A DNA stretch of 64,000 nt, taken from Selaginella moellendorffii (taxonomy: Eukaryota; Plantae; Lycopodiophyta). The translations under genes were made by a program, and so were the position numbers. Of this stretch, positions 1 through 11,647 are shown piece by piece. The notes under the pieces are model-generated. The model worked only from the letters and a program-made list of their open reading frames with translations. It was not told the origin of the DNA and did no database searches. The stretch spans positions 1,087,165 through 1,151,164 of the forward strand of contig NW_003314324.1 of assembly GCF_000143415.4 (NCBI RefSeq), written 5' to 3'. The number at the start of each line of letters is the position of its first letter. Position 1 is the first letter of the stretch.

Positions 1-255
1 GAACAGGGTCAGTCTGTCCAGGTCTTGATCTCCTTTTCTTTCTGTTTAGGTGGGCTTTTCATGTACATATAGTTTGGAACTTGAAAACTCTTCTCTTTTT
101 GAGTTCCAGCCAGGTCACTGCCACGCTGGCGGGGGATATGCTCCGACGTGGCGTGCCCTAACCTGAGTATGGAATATTTCTAAAATTATCTCCTTGGGAA
201 GTTTCATACATATTGGATGATCCAATTGTGTTATACAGTTTTGACAGGGGAAACT

Positions 256-281
256 CACACACACACACACACACCCACACA
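256..281. repeat. (CA)n microsatellite
   Basis: cacacacacacacacacacccacaca, upstream of the first gene. Confidence 0.85.
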
Positions 282-883
282 TCAATCACATGTTGCTGTT
301 AGAACTGTTGCACGAATCACAAGGCGGACCTGGGAAAAAGCATGCATTCTCCACCCCCTTTTTTTTCCTCTTGTCACTCACAAGGAGAGTGGTGCTTTTG
401 TGCTTATATAAAGGTTTTCAGTGGCTACACTTGCTTAGCTAGGAACCCACTTTACTAAATCTCCCCTCTACAGTGCAATAATTTTTTAAGATGGTAGTTT
501 TAAGGGCTAATCTGATTTTTTTCTAAAAGCATTTTCTTTTCTCTACTCCTTCCTGGGAGAAAAAAAAGGGGGTTGAGGGGGGAGAAATGCCTTGTCATGC
601 AAGGGAGCATATACCTTCTTGCATTTCCAAGGATATGCTGGGCCTGCTGTGCCCCCCTACCCCATTGTCTTTGCAATTTGAGGGCTCTCACTCACAGCCA
701 GTTTTGGTGGTGTAGTTCTCTCTCTCTTCTTCTTTTTTCCTGGTTTGCCTGCTGGTTTGCCTGTTGCTTTGTGTGGGAGGAGCAGTGACTAAGTGAGCAG
801 CTACCTAGCAGGAGCAAAAAAAAAAAAGAAAGAGTCAAGAGGAGAAGAAAAGTGAGAGGAAAAATAACAGGAGGGCAGCAAAG

Positions 884-2388
884 ATGAGAATAAGGAAGCA
901 CTTGTCCGCTGTTCATCTTCCTGCAGTTGCCAATCCCATCTTGAGGTCGCAAATCACTGCAGCGGCAAAGCCAGCAGCAGCAGCAGCGGCGGTGGTCACT
1001 GCAGCTCTAGCTCCTGGTAACTTTCCTGGATGCAAAGATGAGAAAGAAGAAGAAGAACAAGGAGAGAAATCCTTGCCTGGAAATCGAGGAGCGGTCCCGG
1101 CGAGAGCTCCAGCGCTTGTAGGGCTTGTAGCAGTCGAGGAGGAAGTCGGGGATAAGGTAGCAGCAGCAGCAGCGGTAGCAGCGGTGGAAGGAAAAGGCCG
1201 GGGCTTGGTTGCCGAGGTTTGTAGCAGCATTCGGACGAGCAGCAAGAACCAAGACGACGCCGCCGCTATGGTGCTGCTGCAGTCGAGCTCGTTGCAGCAG
1301 TTCCCGGATCTCTCGTCGCCCATGACTCCGGCGGTCTCGCTCCCCACCAGGCCAAAGAGGACAAAGCCCCGGAGCTGCAGTGCGGCTAGTCCCAGCTTTG
1401 TTTGTCCTCCGCCGCCTCCTCCTCCTCCTCGTCCGGGCCTCGAGCAGCGGCAACTCCAACTCGCCCCAGAGATGGCTTGCATGCAGCAGCAGCAACAGCA
1501 GCTCCTCCGAGATCACGGCGGCGGCGAGCTCGACGATGACGACTCAAGTCCCAAGTCAGTGAAGGTAACTTGTAGAGAAAAATCGTTTCTTTCCTTCTTT
1601 CCTTCTTCTGTGTCTGTGCCTCATGTCCCTGGAATGCCCCCGCGCTGATCCAATTCCTGGTATACTTTCTTTCCTGAGCTTGCTGCTGCTCTAAGTTGCT
1701 TCTCCACCTAATTGTCTCCTGGAGCTCCACCAAACCATTCAACCCAATTCCTTTCTTTCCCAAGCGAGCCATTGTTTGCTGACACCAATTCTTTTCTCTT
1801 TGCCTTTTCTCCATTTCTGTGGCCTGCAGGTAACTTCGGATCTTATCGACGTTTCATCGCCTCCGAGGTACGTTGTAACTTCTTCAGGTTCTTTCGTTGC
1901 CGAGCTGATGGTCGCAATTGTAATTGCAGGGAAGCACCACCACTGCAGAAGGAAGCAGCAGCAGCAGCAGCGGTAGCAGGAGATACCGACACCGGTGAGT
2001 GGAAACGACTTTGCCTTTAGTTTTTGTCGATCGATATCCTGCTGAATTCTTCTTTTCTTTCACAGTGGTGGTTAGTGGAGCACTAATAGAGCAGAGAAGA
2101 AGTACCAGGAGGCCGAGGAGTAGAAGCGCTAGCTTGAGGAACCTACAAGAGCTGGAGGACGACGGAGAGGCGAACGAAGGTAGCCAGTGCCGGCGAATGG
2201 ACGGCAAAGGATGGAGGTGCCACCGCACGACTCAGCCCGACTACTCGCTCTGCGACTATCACCTGGACAAATTCCGAGAAACCAATCAGCGAAAGCTTAG
2301 GAACGCAGCGACAGCTCAGGAAGCAACAAGGAGACGCAGCCGAGTGAAGAGGAAACCCGTGAAAGCTCGATCACTCATGTCGATCTGA
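884..2388 (+). CDS. WRC-domain (C3H zinc-binding) protein, spliced; start codon uncertain
   Basis: Last exon (about 2065-2388) encodes QCRRMDGKGWRCHRTTQPDYSLCDYH, a WRC motif, and a basic tail RKPVKARSLMSI. Plausible GT-AG introns near 1566-1829, 1869-1929 and 1996-2064. N-terminus is low complexity (poly-A/P/Q). No QLQ domain, so not a canonical GRF. Confidence 0.75.
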
Positions 2389-2505
2389 GAGTCGAGAGAG
2401 TCATGACAAGGCATGACTTGGAAGTCACTCAAACAAAAAGCCTGAGGGAAAACAAGCACTCAAGCGGAAAGAGGAGCTTGGAGCAGTTTCACAGTACCCG
2501 GTTTT

Positions 2506-3569
2506 TCAGTGCTGGTTGCTCCTCCTCCGCTTCCGACACCTCATCTCCGCCTTGAGAGGCGTGCCTTTCCTCGTCTTGCTTGGTGCTGGATTCTGCATGT
2601 CGTTAGGATTGCAAGCGGACGCTGCCATGGGCCTCCGTCTCAGCGCAGCTGTTCTGCATTCCCTCCTCAGGAACGTGCTCCATAAAATAAACCTCCCGCC
2701 AGCTTCTATGAAATAGGCGTTCTTTCGCATAGCTCTTGCAACTTGCACCGAAAGTGGGACGTCCTCGGGCTCAAAGAGTTTCAATAGCCCCTGCTGTAAC
2801 ACCTTCCTTCCTGCCTCACGGACTGTTAAGCCCGTATCTCCAGCTTCAGAGACCATTGTATAAAGCGCATGTGCAAGCGAGCTGGAGGTGGAGCTGTCTA
2901 CAAAAAGCAAAGGACGGGTTTTGAGTTTGTTGAAGCATAGCGAGCCCGAAGCAACCAAAAGTACCTTCTATGGTGGCGCTTGCATCCCGACTTTCTCCAT
3001 TCCTGGAAAAGATGGAGCACACAAGTTAAGTTTGGTAGTCTGCACTGATTTCGACCCCGGGTCCGTACCTCCTTCGATCCTCGGCCTCCGCAATTTTATC
3101 CTGCAGCGGATAAGCGGAGCGTAAGGATTCGTTTGATCCTCGAGATTCGAAAGTACTTACGAGTAGACTTGCCTCGGTGGCGATTTGAGCCATTGGAAAA
3201 CTTCGATTGCGTTGCTCTTCAAGTCCGAGAGGGCGTATGAGAAGGCGGGGGCTCCTACGTCTGTTGTCGCTTGACGAGGATCTTTCTACGCAGTGTTCAA
3301 GCTTACTGGAGTTCCCGTCTGCCGGATCTTTGTTCCGGCCCTCGTCCGAGTTCTTTGTCACAACACATTCATCTTTCCGCTGCCTACTATTCCCTCGCTC
3401 TTTGACGAGCGGACAAATTTGCATCTCGGGCCCATCACCTCCTTCCACTACCTACAAAAGTTCGAAACAACCCTGTTGTGAGAAACCAAGAAAAAGTGTA
3501 CCAAGAAACAGCTCTACACCTTACCTCTGCTTCTTTTTGCCTCAGCAGCGACGATAGCAGAGAGCCCAT
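2506..3569 (-). CDS. HARE-HTH-like winged-helix protein, 4 exons (3569-3525, 3451-3069, 3002-2965, 2897-2506)
   Basis: Exons join in frame through GT-AG introns (MGSLLSSLLRQKEAE|VVEGG...DRRR|NGESRDASATIE|DSST...). The last exon, SLAHALYTMVSEAGDTGLTVREAGRKVLQQGL...VQVARAMRKNAYF, resembles the HARE-HTH of RINGLET/ASXL-type proteins. Basic C-terminal NLS-like tail RCRKRRR. Confidence 0.6.
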
Positions 3570-3741
3570 TACCACAATTGCCCGTTCTGAGCCGCCTTTA
3601 AGCAAAGAGAATGAACGAGAACGACTAGTCTGATAAGATAATCAGCAGCACTTGGGCATATAACTGTAAAGCTAATGTATATGTCAATTCTTCTTGGCGC
3701 GCTCAAGGCAATAACCGTACTGGTACGACAGAAGAACCACT

Positions 3742-5328
3742 TCAAACCTTCGTCACGCGTTTGCGCACCGAATACGTAGTCACGCCATCGTGGAAGCCCG
3801 TCTCCAGTTTTTGAAGCTTCACGAGTATCAGGAGGCATGCCTTCTGGATTTGCGGTTCTGCATAAGTTAAACCCACGATCATCCAAATGAGAACTGCCGA
3901 GGCTTAAGCTTACCGTACGCCAGAGACAACAGATCATCTGGTTTCAGCGCTTTTACGTCATCTGTGGGCTTCCCACATAGGCTGTCAGTCTTTAGGGAGA
4001 ACAGATTGTTCAGCTTAGAAACAAACTCATTGAGTAGCTGAACAGAAAAGAACACTTCAAGATAATGCCAGCTGAAAACTAATAGCACATTACCTCTATG
4101 GAGACCTGCCACTTGAGCCACGATGGCGCAGCGTTAAATTCTTCAGAGGCCACAGGCTCCAGAAGGCCAGTACTCGACCCTGTACAAAAGATTAGATAGA
4201 AAAAAATGTTGTTACGGAGAAACTAACGTACCGTTACAGTTAAGCGGCCGCTTATCGACAAGATCATCGGCAGAGCCGAGCTCAAGCTCTCGTAGGCTCC
4301 TTCAAAACAAAAGATATAAAATTGATCTCATTCGCAATGAACAGTAAAAGTACCTAGAAGAACTGTTTCGAGAGACTTGTTCTTTAGATGGTTCTGTTAC
4401 TAAGTGGTGTACAGCCGAATCCGAGTCAACAATGTGAGCAGTATCTGCATCATGAAGTGTATCAGTGGTAGAAACAAGAATCAAAATACTTGACGATATA
4501 CCTGCGTCAGGGACGGAGAGAGCAGCAAGACTGGACGCTGATAAACCGAGATCCTTCAAGCTAAGGGACTCCAGATACCTGCACTCTAGTTAAGATCAAC
4601 TTACACAGAAGAGCCAGTCCTTTTTTTTTTTGGTTTGGATACGAAGAACCAGTGTGATCACGCCTTTTGTCAAGCGTGGCAGACACTCCTTCTCTTTGGA
4701 CCTCTAGATAAGCCTCCTTGATATCTTGCCTGGCTTTGGCTTCGTAGCTTTCTTCCGCAAGAGAGAAGTCATCACCTTGAACAGTTACTTCTGTGACAGC
4801 CTGGGAAAAATTCAAGGCAACAAGTTGAAAACTCGTAGAAAACTAGGAAAATCTAAGCAATCGAGCAGCTCCTTCTGTCTATCAAAGCATACTCACAAGG
4901 AATAAAAAAACACCACAAGAACTCAAGAAGGCAAAAGAGAAAGCATACCTCTTGCGATTGCTTGTAGCCATGCCGTTCAAGCTCCATCTCTAGCAGGCGA
5001 TTGGTGTCCTCGTTTTTCTTGTACACCTCGTTGCAATGGCCGAGTAGCTCGTGGAAAGAAATAGTGCCCATTGTCACTGCCTTGAGAGTTTCTAGTCGAG
5101 CAGTCACCGATAGAACCCTGTCGTTGAGCTGATCCACAAACCTAGCAGCGGCTCCTGGACGAAGAAGAACCTAGAGAAAGCGTCCAGGAGAGATTGCTTA
5201 CCAGATTCTTCCAGCGCTGTTACTCGGCCAATGCTGGTGTGCAGGCTTGTGCATTGCGTCTCCAGACGCGAGCAAAATCCCCGGAGCTCCGCGCAGAAAT
5301 ACGAGACGAGGCGCGGGCAGTCATCCAT
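3742..5328 (-). CDS. SKA3: Spindle and kinetochore-associated protein 3 (plant SKA3), multi-exon
   Basis: N-terminal FCAELRGFCSRL...DQLNDRV...MGTISFHELLGHCNEVYKKN...GY and internal SLKDLGLSASSL match the plant SKA3 pattern. Last exon EPQIQKACLLILVKLQKLETGFHDGVTTYSVRKRVTKV* ends at 3742. Confidence 0.8.
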
Positions 5329-6334
5329 GGCTGGATCACGAGAAATATTTTAAATCAAAACCCTAACCCTCTAGAAATGTTAAACCTAAGAGTTTTAGTA
5401 AAACCTAAAGTTTATATTTTAAACAAAATTCTGTGAGAGAATAGTTTTCCATTAAATTACAGTTTATTCAATTTTTTTTTTAAAAATGCAATTTAACATC
5501 TGCTTCTAAATCTATGGCACTAATATTATTAATGTTAAATAATATAATATTAAATTTAAAATACTGATTAAAATACTTTTCAAATTTCAATAAATTTTAA
5601 TTCCATCAAAACCCTTTAGCATAAACGTTAAATGGATGTTTTTTTACTTCATGGGAGAATATAAAGTTTTAACTTATATATATATATATATATACATGGT
5701 GGTTATTAATGATTAATTTATAAAAAAAGTTAAAGTGTTTTTGTTGAAAAATTTTAATATAATAAATATATATTTTACTATGTTTCAACATTCTTTTAAA
5801 ATCACATTTAATAATAAAGATTATGACTAAAATCTATAATAATCTTAAATACATTTGTTTAAAATTTATATTATTTTATTGCTATTAAAGTTTTTATTTA
5901 ATTTATTTCATATTTTATATTATTTTTCATTAGAGTTTGAAAGTGATATTTACTATCATATGCATTAAAAATGATCACTATTAACTTAAATAATAGGAAT
6001 TTCTTGAGTTGTAAAAACAAAAATTTTAATTCACACAAATAAACATGATTCAAATTTAGGATAATATATAAACTGCAATCTTTGAGAAAGTCATTTGAAA
6101 AATAATAAACATTAAAACTACTAACAATTAATTAAATAATTATATATTATTTAACTTACATAAATTCATAATATCAATATCAACATCAATAATCTTTAAT
6201 GTATGATCTCCATGGAAAGCAGATCTTTTAAGCTGGCACTTCAAACAATTACCAAATTCATTCTATTTGAGTTCTAATATGCACATAAAATAATCTTCAT
6301 ATATCTTTTCGTCATCATCACGGTTCTTCTTCCA

Positions 6335-8488
6335 TCAGGTCTGCATTTCCATCATCCATTAATCCCAAATGCAATCAAGCATCTAGAAGAACACTTACGG
6401 AAGTTCGATAAGGTATGCTTCTCAGCTTGGTGGCCGCAACCGATGGATCCAACGCCAGCCCAGCGGCAGTTGATCCTGTTAATCCTGCTTGCCTCTGGTA
6501 GAAGCTCGCAGCCGCAGCAGCAACATTCTGGATGTCTGTCCATGCGCCAGCGCCTTGAGCTCCCAGCAATCCCGCCATGCCAAATGCTCCAGCGGCAGCC
6601 TACGCGTTCATCACAAGTTTAGCATAGGAAAAGTATGAAAAAGACACTAGAACTGCTTAACAAAGTACCTGTTGCTGGAGAAGCAGAAGCTGCAAAGCCG
6701 GGTCAAGCTGGCCCATGCTAAACGGCAGTCCTCCTGTGGCCACGATCATTTCACTGCAACAGAGACAGAGAGAGTTCCAAAGAATACAACTTCGAAGAAG
6801 AAACACTTTAAAAAGTTTGAAACTTACCTCTTGGTGGCTCGGAAAAGCTCGATGTAGCGGGAGCCAATGTTGTTGCGGTGGCGTTCCATGGCCCGCTGTG
6901 CCTCCTTGGAAGAGATAAACTCCACAAACGCCTCCCCCGTCGGACGGTCTGTAGCTCCAATCACGACGTAGATTCCATTTGGGACGATCCTGTAGCCTTG
7001 GAAAAACTCCGTAATCTCTCTGGGTCCGGAATTGTATGGAAGACCCCGCATCTTAATGCACACGTCCTCCGAAATGTCTCCTATAGCTCCAGGCCCCGGC
7101 GATTGTACTGCTCCTAAGTTTAAAGCCCCTACTCCTTGCATTCCATATCCTCCCAACATACCAGGAATCTAAGACCACAGAAAAATTAGTTTTTTCTTTC
7201 AGAAAAACAAGACTCAACTTACTTGGCCGAGAGATCCAACTGGTGACATGTTACCAACACCAGCGAACCACAGCTTTTGTTGAACTGAAGTCATCATCTC
7301 CCCTTTTGTACTTTTGAAAAGCTCCACATAACGCTGAAATGGACACGAAGGCGTCAAAAGGCGATAAAGAAAAACGTAAAACGATAACCGGAAAACAAAC
7401 TTACCGAGCCCATCGGCTCTCTGTGGAGCTGCATCGCTCGAGCGGCTGTTTCTTCGTTAATAAACTCCACAAATGCCTGTAGTGGCCAGATTTGAAGAGA
7501 AAAAACTAAGAGCCATTAAACGGTAGGTCCAAAAAGGCTCACTTCACCAGTTGGTCGGCCATCAGCATGTGTACACAGGAAAATCCCATCCGGAGCAACT
7601 TGCATTCCCTTAAAGAAGGCCATGATATCGGCCGATGTGCAGCTGAAACCAGCAAGAATAAACGTGAGGACAAGCAGGGAGAATTGTTACTGCTCAACTC
7701 ACCTGTAAGGCATTCCTCTCATGCGCACAACCCCCGTGAAACGCATGTCGGGATTACCAGCCATGCCAGGAATCCCAGTCCCTTGCAAGCCTGCTGCTCC
7801 ATAGGCGCCGGAACTCCCTCGGCCGGCCATTCTCATAGCTCCCTGTTGAACAAACATTAGCTAAGAATTCGCCATTTCGAGAGCAAAAAACCTGCATGTC
7901 TGCTGGATGGCCCTTGAAAACTTCTATGTAGCGGCTTCCAATGTGTTGCCTGCGTCAAAGATCTTATTTGATATCGGGGTGACACAAATCACAAACCTGT
8001 TTCTTTCGAGGGATTTATTAGCCAGCTCAGCGGTTGCAAACTGGACATAAGCTTGGCCAGTGGACCTCCCTGAGCAACCAAAACTTAGCAAACAAACAAA
8101 GCAAGCTTGGGTGTTTGTTACCTTGAAAGTTGACACAGATAACGATTCCATCAGGCCCGAGGTCCAGACCCCGAAAAAACTCTTTAATATCAACCTCCGT
8201 GGCACTGAAAGGAAGTCCTCGGAGTCGAACAACATTGCTTCGCTTCCTGACACACGCAAGTTTCACGGGTGAGGCCTCAGAGTGTTTGTTTACCGGAGAA
8301 AGTAAAAACAAAGTTAAAAATCTCCTCCATTTCCCGGTTCCACGATCATAAGTTCTTTGAGCAGAAAGAGCAAGCAAAGAGCTCAGTAGTAGCAGCAGCG
8401 CAAGTAGCAGTGGAGCAATCAACACAAGTAGCACTCACAATTCATCATCGAGAGCACTTCCTCCCACCAGCCCTCCTAATCCCGCCAT
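6335..8488 (-). CDS. hnRNP F/H / ESRP-like RNA-binding protein with three quasi-RRMs, multi-exon
   Basis: Three qRRM signatures: VVRLRGLPFSATEVDIKEFF...GQAYVQF...YIEVF; VVRMRGMPY...DGRPTGEAFVEF; CIKMRGLPYNSG...DRPTGEAFVEF...IGSRYIELF. Gly/Ala-rich linkers. First and last exons are less certain. Confidence 0.85.
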
Positions 8489-9833
8489 GGTCCAAATCCA
8501 AACCAATGTGCTGCAGTTAAATGCATGTCAAGAGAGAGGCAGCAGCATCACCCAGGAATTCTTCTTTCGGGAGCCCAGGCCCATAGTTCTTCCTTAACTT
8601 CTTACGTGAAAGAACGAAAGAGAGAAAATAAAATAAAATAAAGGAGCGAGAGAGACAAAAAGAAAGAGATGGGAAAAAACAATCGAAAGAAAGAAATATG
8701 CCAGGAAAAAAATTCAAGCAATCTCAAAGTAACCTTCAATCGATCGATCGCCCGCGCTCGTCGCCCAGGGCGCACAGCGAGAGAGAAATCCCTGGAGCAG
8801 CAGCAATGAGAAAACGCGGGGATGGAAAAACCCTAACCGCAAAATTCGCCGCAGGGAGGAGATTCTAGCGACGCAATGCGGCAGCGCCGGCGATCCGATC
8901 GATCCAGCTCGAGCTCGGCGCTGGAAACTGACACTGGCGCGCGGCGCTGGCGGCGACGATCATCCTCCAAATCCCCCGGACGGGAAGAAAATACCACCAA
9001 AGAATATTCTCGGACAATGTCGGGACTCGCCACGTGGACGAGAACCCCAGATATAGTCTTCTTTAGGGTTTCGCAATAACGAGAAATAGTGCCACGTGGG
9101 TGAAATGTGTACGTCCGTTGCGCAGATGCTATTTTGCCCGCGTGGCGGGGGTCATAACTCAAATTTCATCTCTCTTCTTCAATTTGACCTCTCCCTCGGT
9201 ATTGACTACAGTAAGAATGCGGCAACACAAAACGCCATAGCCAAACCATCACAGGCAACAAACCCTTGTTTCTTCCTCTTTCTTTCGCGTTTCCTAGGAG
9301 GACGGCGGCGGCGCGGCGAGCTCGGGGAGCTCGAGCAGGCATCGAATCGATTGGCGCTCGTCGGCAGGAGCTCTCGCGGCAGCAACGGCGGCGCCGCCGC
9401 CTTAACGGCGCCGCTGCATTCATCGGCTCTCCAATCCGGCCGGCGCTCCCGGCTCTGGATCGCGGCATTAGGTGCGGCGGCGCGGCGTCACAGATGGTAC
9501 GCTTGGAGCTAGGGTGAGATTTCTCGCCGCTTTCGCCATTGCTCGCGGCAGGACGGGGCATGCGGTAGAGCGCGTCATTGCACCGGCCGGTGCGGTGGGT
9601 TCTTTTCCAGAAGGTGAGCTATTCTCCTTTCTTCTTGCTTTTCTCGTTGATTGCGCTATGGCGCACTTTTGGGGGTTTTGGAGAATCGATTGCATTTGCG
9701 GCATTCATTGTGTGAGTTTTTTGTGAGATCGTGATGCAAGGTTGGAGTCCTTTGCTTGCTTGTTGCATTCCATTTTTGCTGCTGTTGCTGTTCTAAATCC
9801 TGTTTTTTTTTTCTCTCTTTTGTTCTTGTAGGT

Positions 9834-11265
9834 ATGTTTAAGAATCAGCTCCAAGAGCTTGCTCAGAGGAGCTGCTTCAATCTTCCTGCGTATTCGTGTA
9901 TAAGAGAGGGCCCCGACCATGCCCCTCGATTTAAGGCCACTGTGAATTTCAACGGGGAGGTTTTTGAGAGCCCAACATACTTCAGCACACTGCGGCATGC
10001 CGAGCATGCTGCTGCTGAGGTTGCTCTCAATACTCTATCTCGGCGAGGGCCTCCACAATCGTTGGCTGCGAGGATTCTGGTAAAAGAATGATTTTGTCGG
10101 TGTTGTGAGATCTTAATACTATTTGTGCTTTTGTTTTTTAGGATGAGACTGGAGTATACAAGAATCTCCTGCAAGAGACTGCCCAGAGGGCTGGTGTTCC
10201 ATTGCCTATTTACACCACGGTGCGCTCGGGGCCCGGGCACTTGCCGGTTTTTACTTGCACAGTGGGGGTAGGGGGTATGATTTTTACTGGAGAAGCTGCG
10301 AAAACGAAAAAGCAAGCAGAGAAGAACGCGGCCATGACCGCATGGAGCTCTCTCAAACAATGTAAGTTCTTTGATGTCGAGAACGCGTGTTTGATGATTG
10401 AGAGTATTTGTTTTTCACAGACGCGAAGCAAGGTGGAACGTCAGCAACTTTATTGGAGTCGGAAGTGACCGAAGAACAGGAGCAGAATTTTGTAGCGCGT
10501 GCATTAGCTAGAGCTCACGGCAAAGACGAGAGGAGCGTGCTGCTCGCCCAGCAGTCGACGCCATCGAGGACGAGATTGCTACCGGGAGGTGGTCACAGCG
10601 GGCAGTATCATCCCGGGAGTTGGCTCCTCGACGCCAACTCGGAGACGTCCCAGTCTCACAGGTTTATGCACAGCTCTCAACACCACAGCAACGGCATGGT
10701 TCTTGGGAATGGTCACTCGTACCGCTCCATACCGCGACGAATGCCACCAGGGGCAGGGACTTCTCGTGACGTTCCTGGCATCGTTCCCAGCCGGAGCATG
10801 GCAGGAAACATGCCAAGGGTGATCCCAACGCAGCTGCGAAGCATTCCTACGGTCATTCGCAGGGACAGACATGACATAAGTGTGCCTCTGGAAGAGCACC
10901 AGAGGGACGAGGACGAATGGCTTAGAGGCGGCAGCAGCGAAAGCAAACAGGATGATCGCAGGGAGCTTAGAGACTCGGAGGCGAGCAGCTCCAGCTTCAG
11001 CTCAATGTGGTCGAATCCATCGTCGTCTCACTCTCGTTCGCCGTGGTGGGGGATGTCTTCTCCGGCTTCTTCAGGATTCGACGGCATGCCGGGGCCGCCT
11101 TACCGTGCCGGCTATGGAATGGCTCAGCCTGTGAGGATTCGCTCGGTGGTGGCTGTGAGTGCCGCGCCGCCTCCTCGGCGTCCCGAGCCGCGAGTCGAGA
11201 ACGAGAGTGATTCCAACGATGGTGAAGCGGCTACTCGTCAAGTGCTGAGCCAGCTGAGTTTGTGA
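9834..11265 (+). CDS. DRB2: Double-stranded RNA-binding protein, DRB2/3/5 clade
   Basis: MFKNQLQELAQRSCFNLPAYSCIREGPDHAPRFKATVNFNGE and DETGVYKNLLQETAQRAG...AKTKKQAEKNAA give two dsRBMs. C-terminal PVRIRSVVAVSAAPP motif. Introns about 10080-10141 and 10362-10420. Confidence 0.9.
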
Positions 11266-11647
11266 GATGGACAAAGGCAACGAAGATGGCGATCGATCGA
11301 TCAATGCGACGAAGACGAAGGAGACCAAAGAAGCAGTGGAAGAGGAGGAAGAACAGAGGAACTCTGGGATTGAGGAAGAGGATCAAAGAGGCTGGAAGGA
11401 CGAACGAAGCTATATCTTAAACGAGGACGACTTGGATGGAGAATGAGGTTGGTGTTTTTGTCTTCTTTTTTTCTCTTTTTTTTTTCCTTGATTTGCATTC
11501 ATTATATAAATTATGGGAAAATTTTCAAAGGCCTTGCGCTAGGGCAATTAAAAACGTTTCTAGGGTTTTTGGAAGCGCTCTCGCTCACGACGATCGCCGG
11601 TGTCTCGCGGCTCGCTCCCTGCGCTGCGCTGCGCTGCCAATCGCGCC

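Noticed and set aside
2335-2365. Possible miR396 target site in the WRC gene (RKPVK resembles GRF RSRKPVE)
   Set aside because: The nucleotides differ from the canonical site at too many positions, and the gene lacks QLQ.
5355-5372. Interstitial telomere (aaaccctaaccct)
   Set aside because: One to two units just upstream of a start codon. This is a telo-box promoter motif, seen at several genes here.
5440-6200. Extremely AT-rich block as a transposon or organelle insertion
   Set aside because: No TIR, TSD or organellar gene remnant seen; treated as ordinary intergenic DNA.
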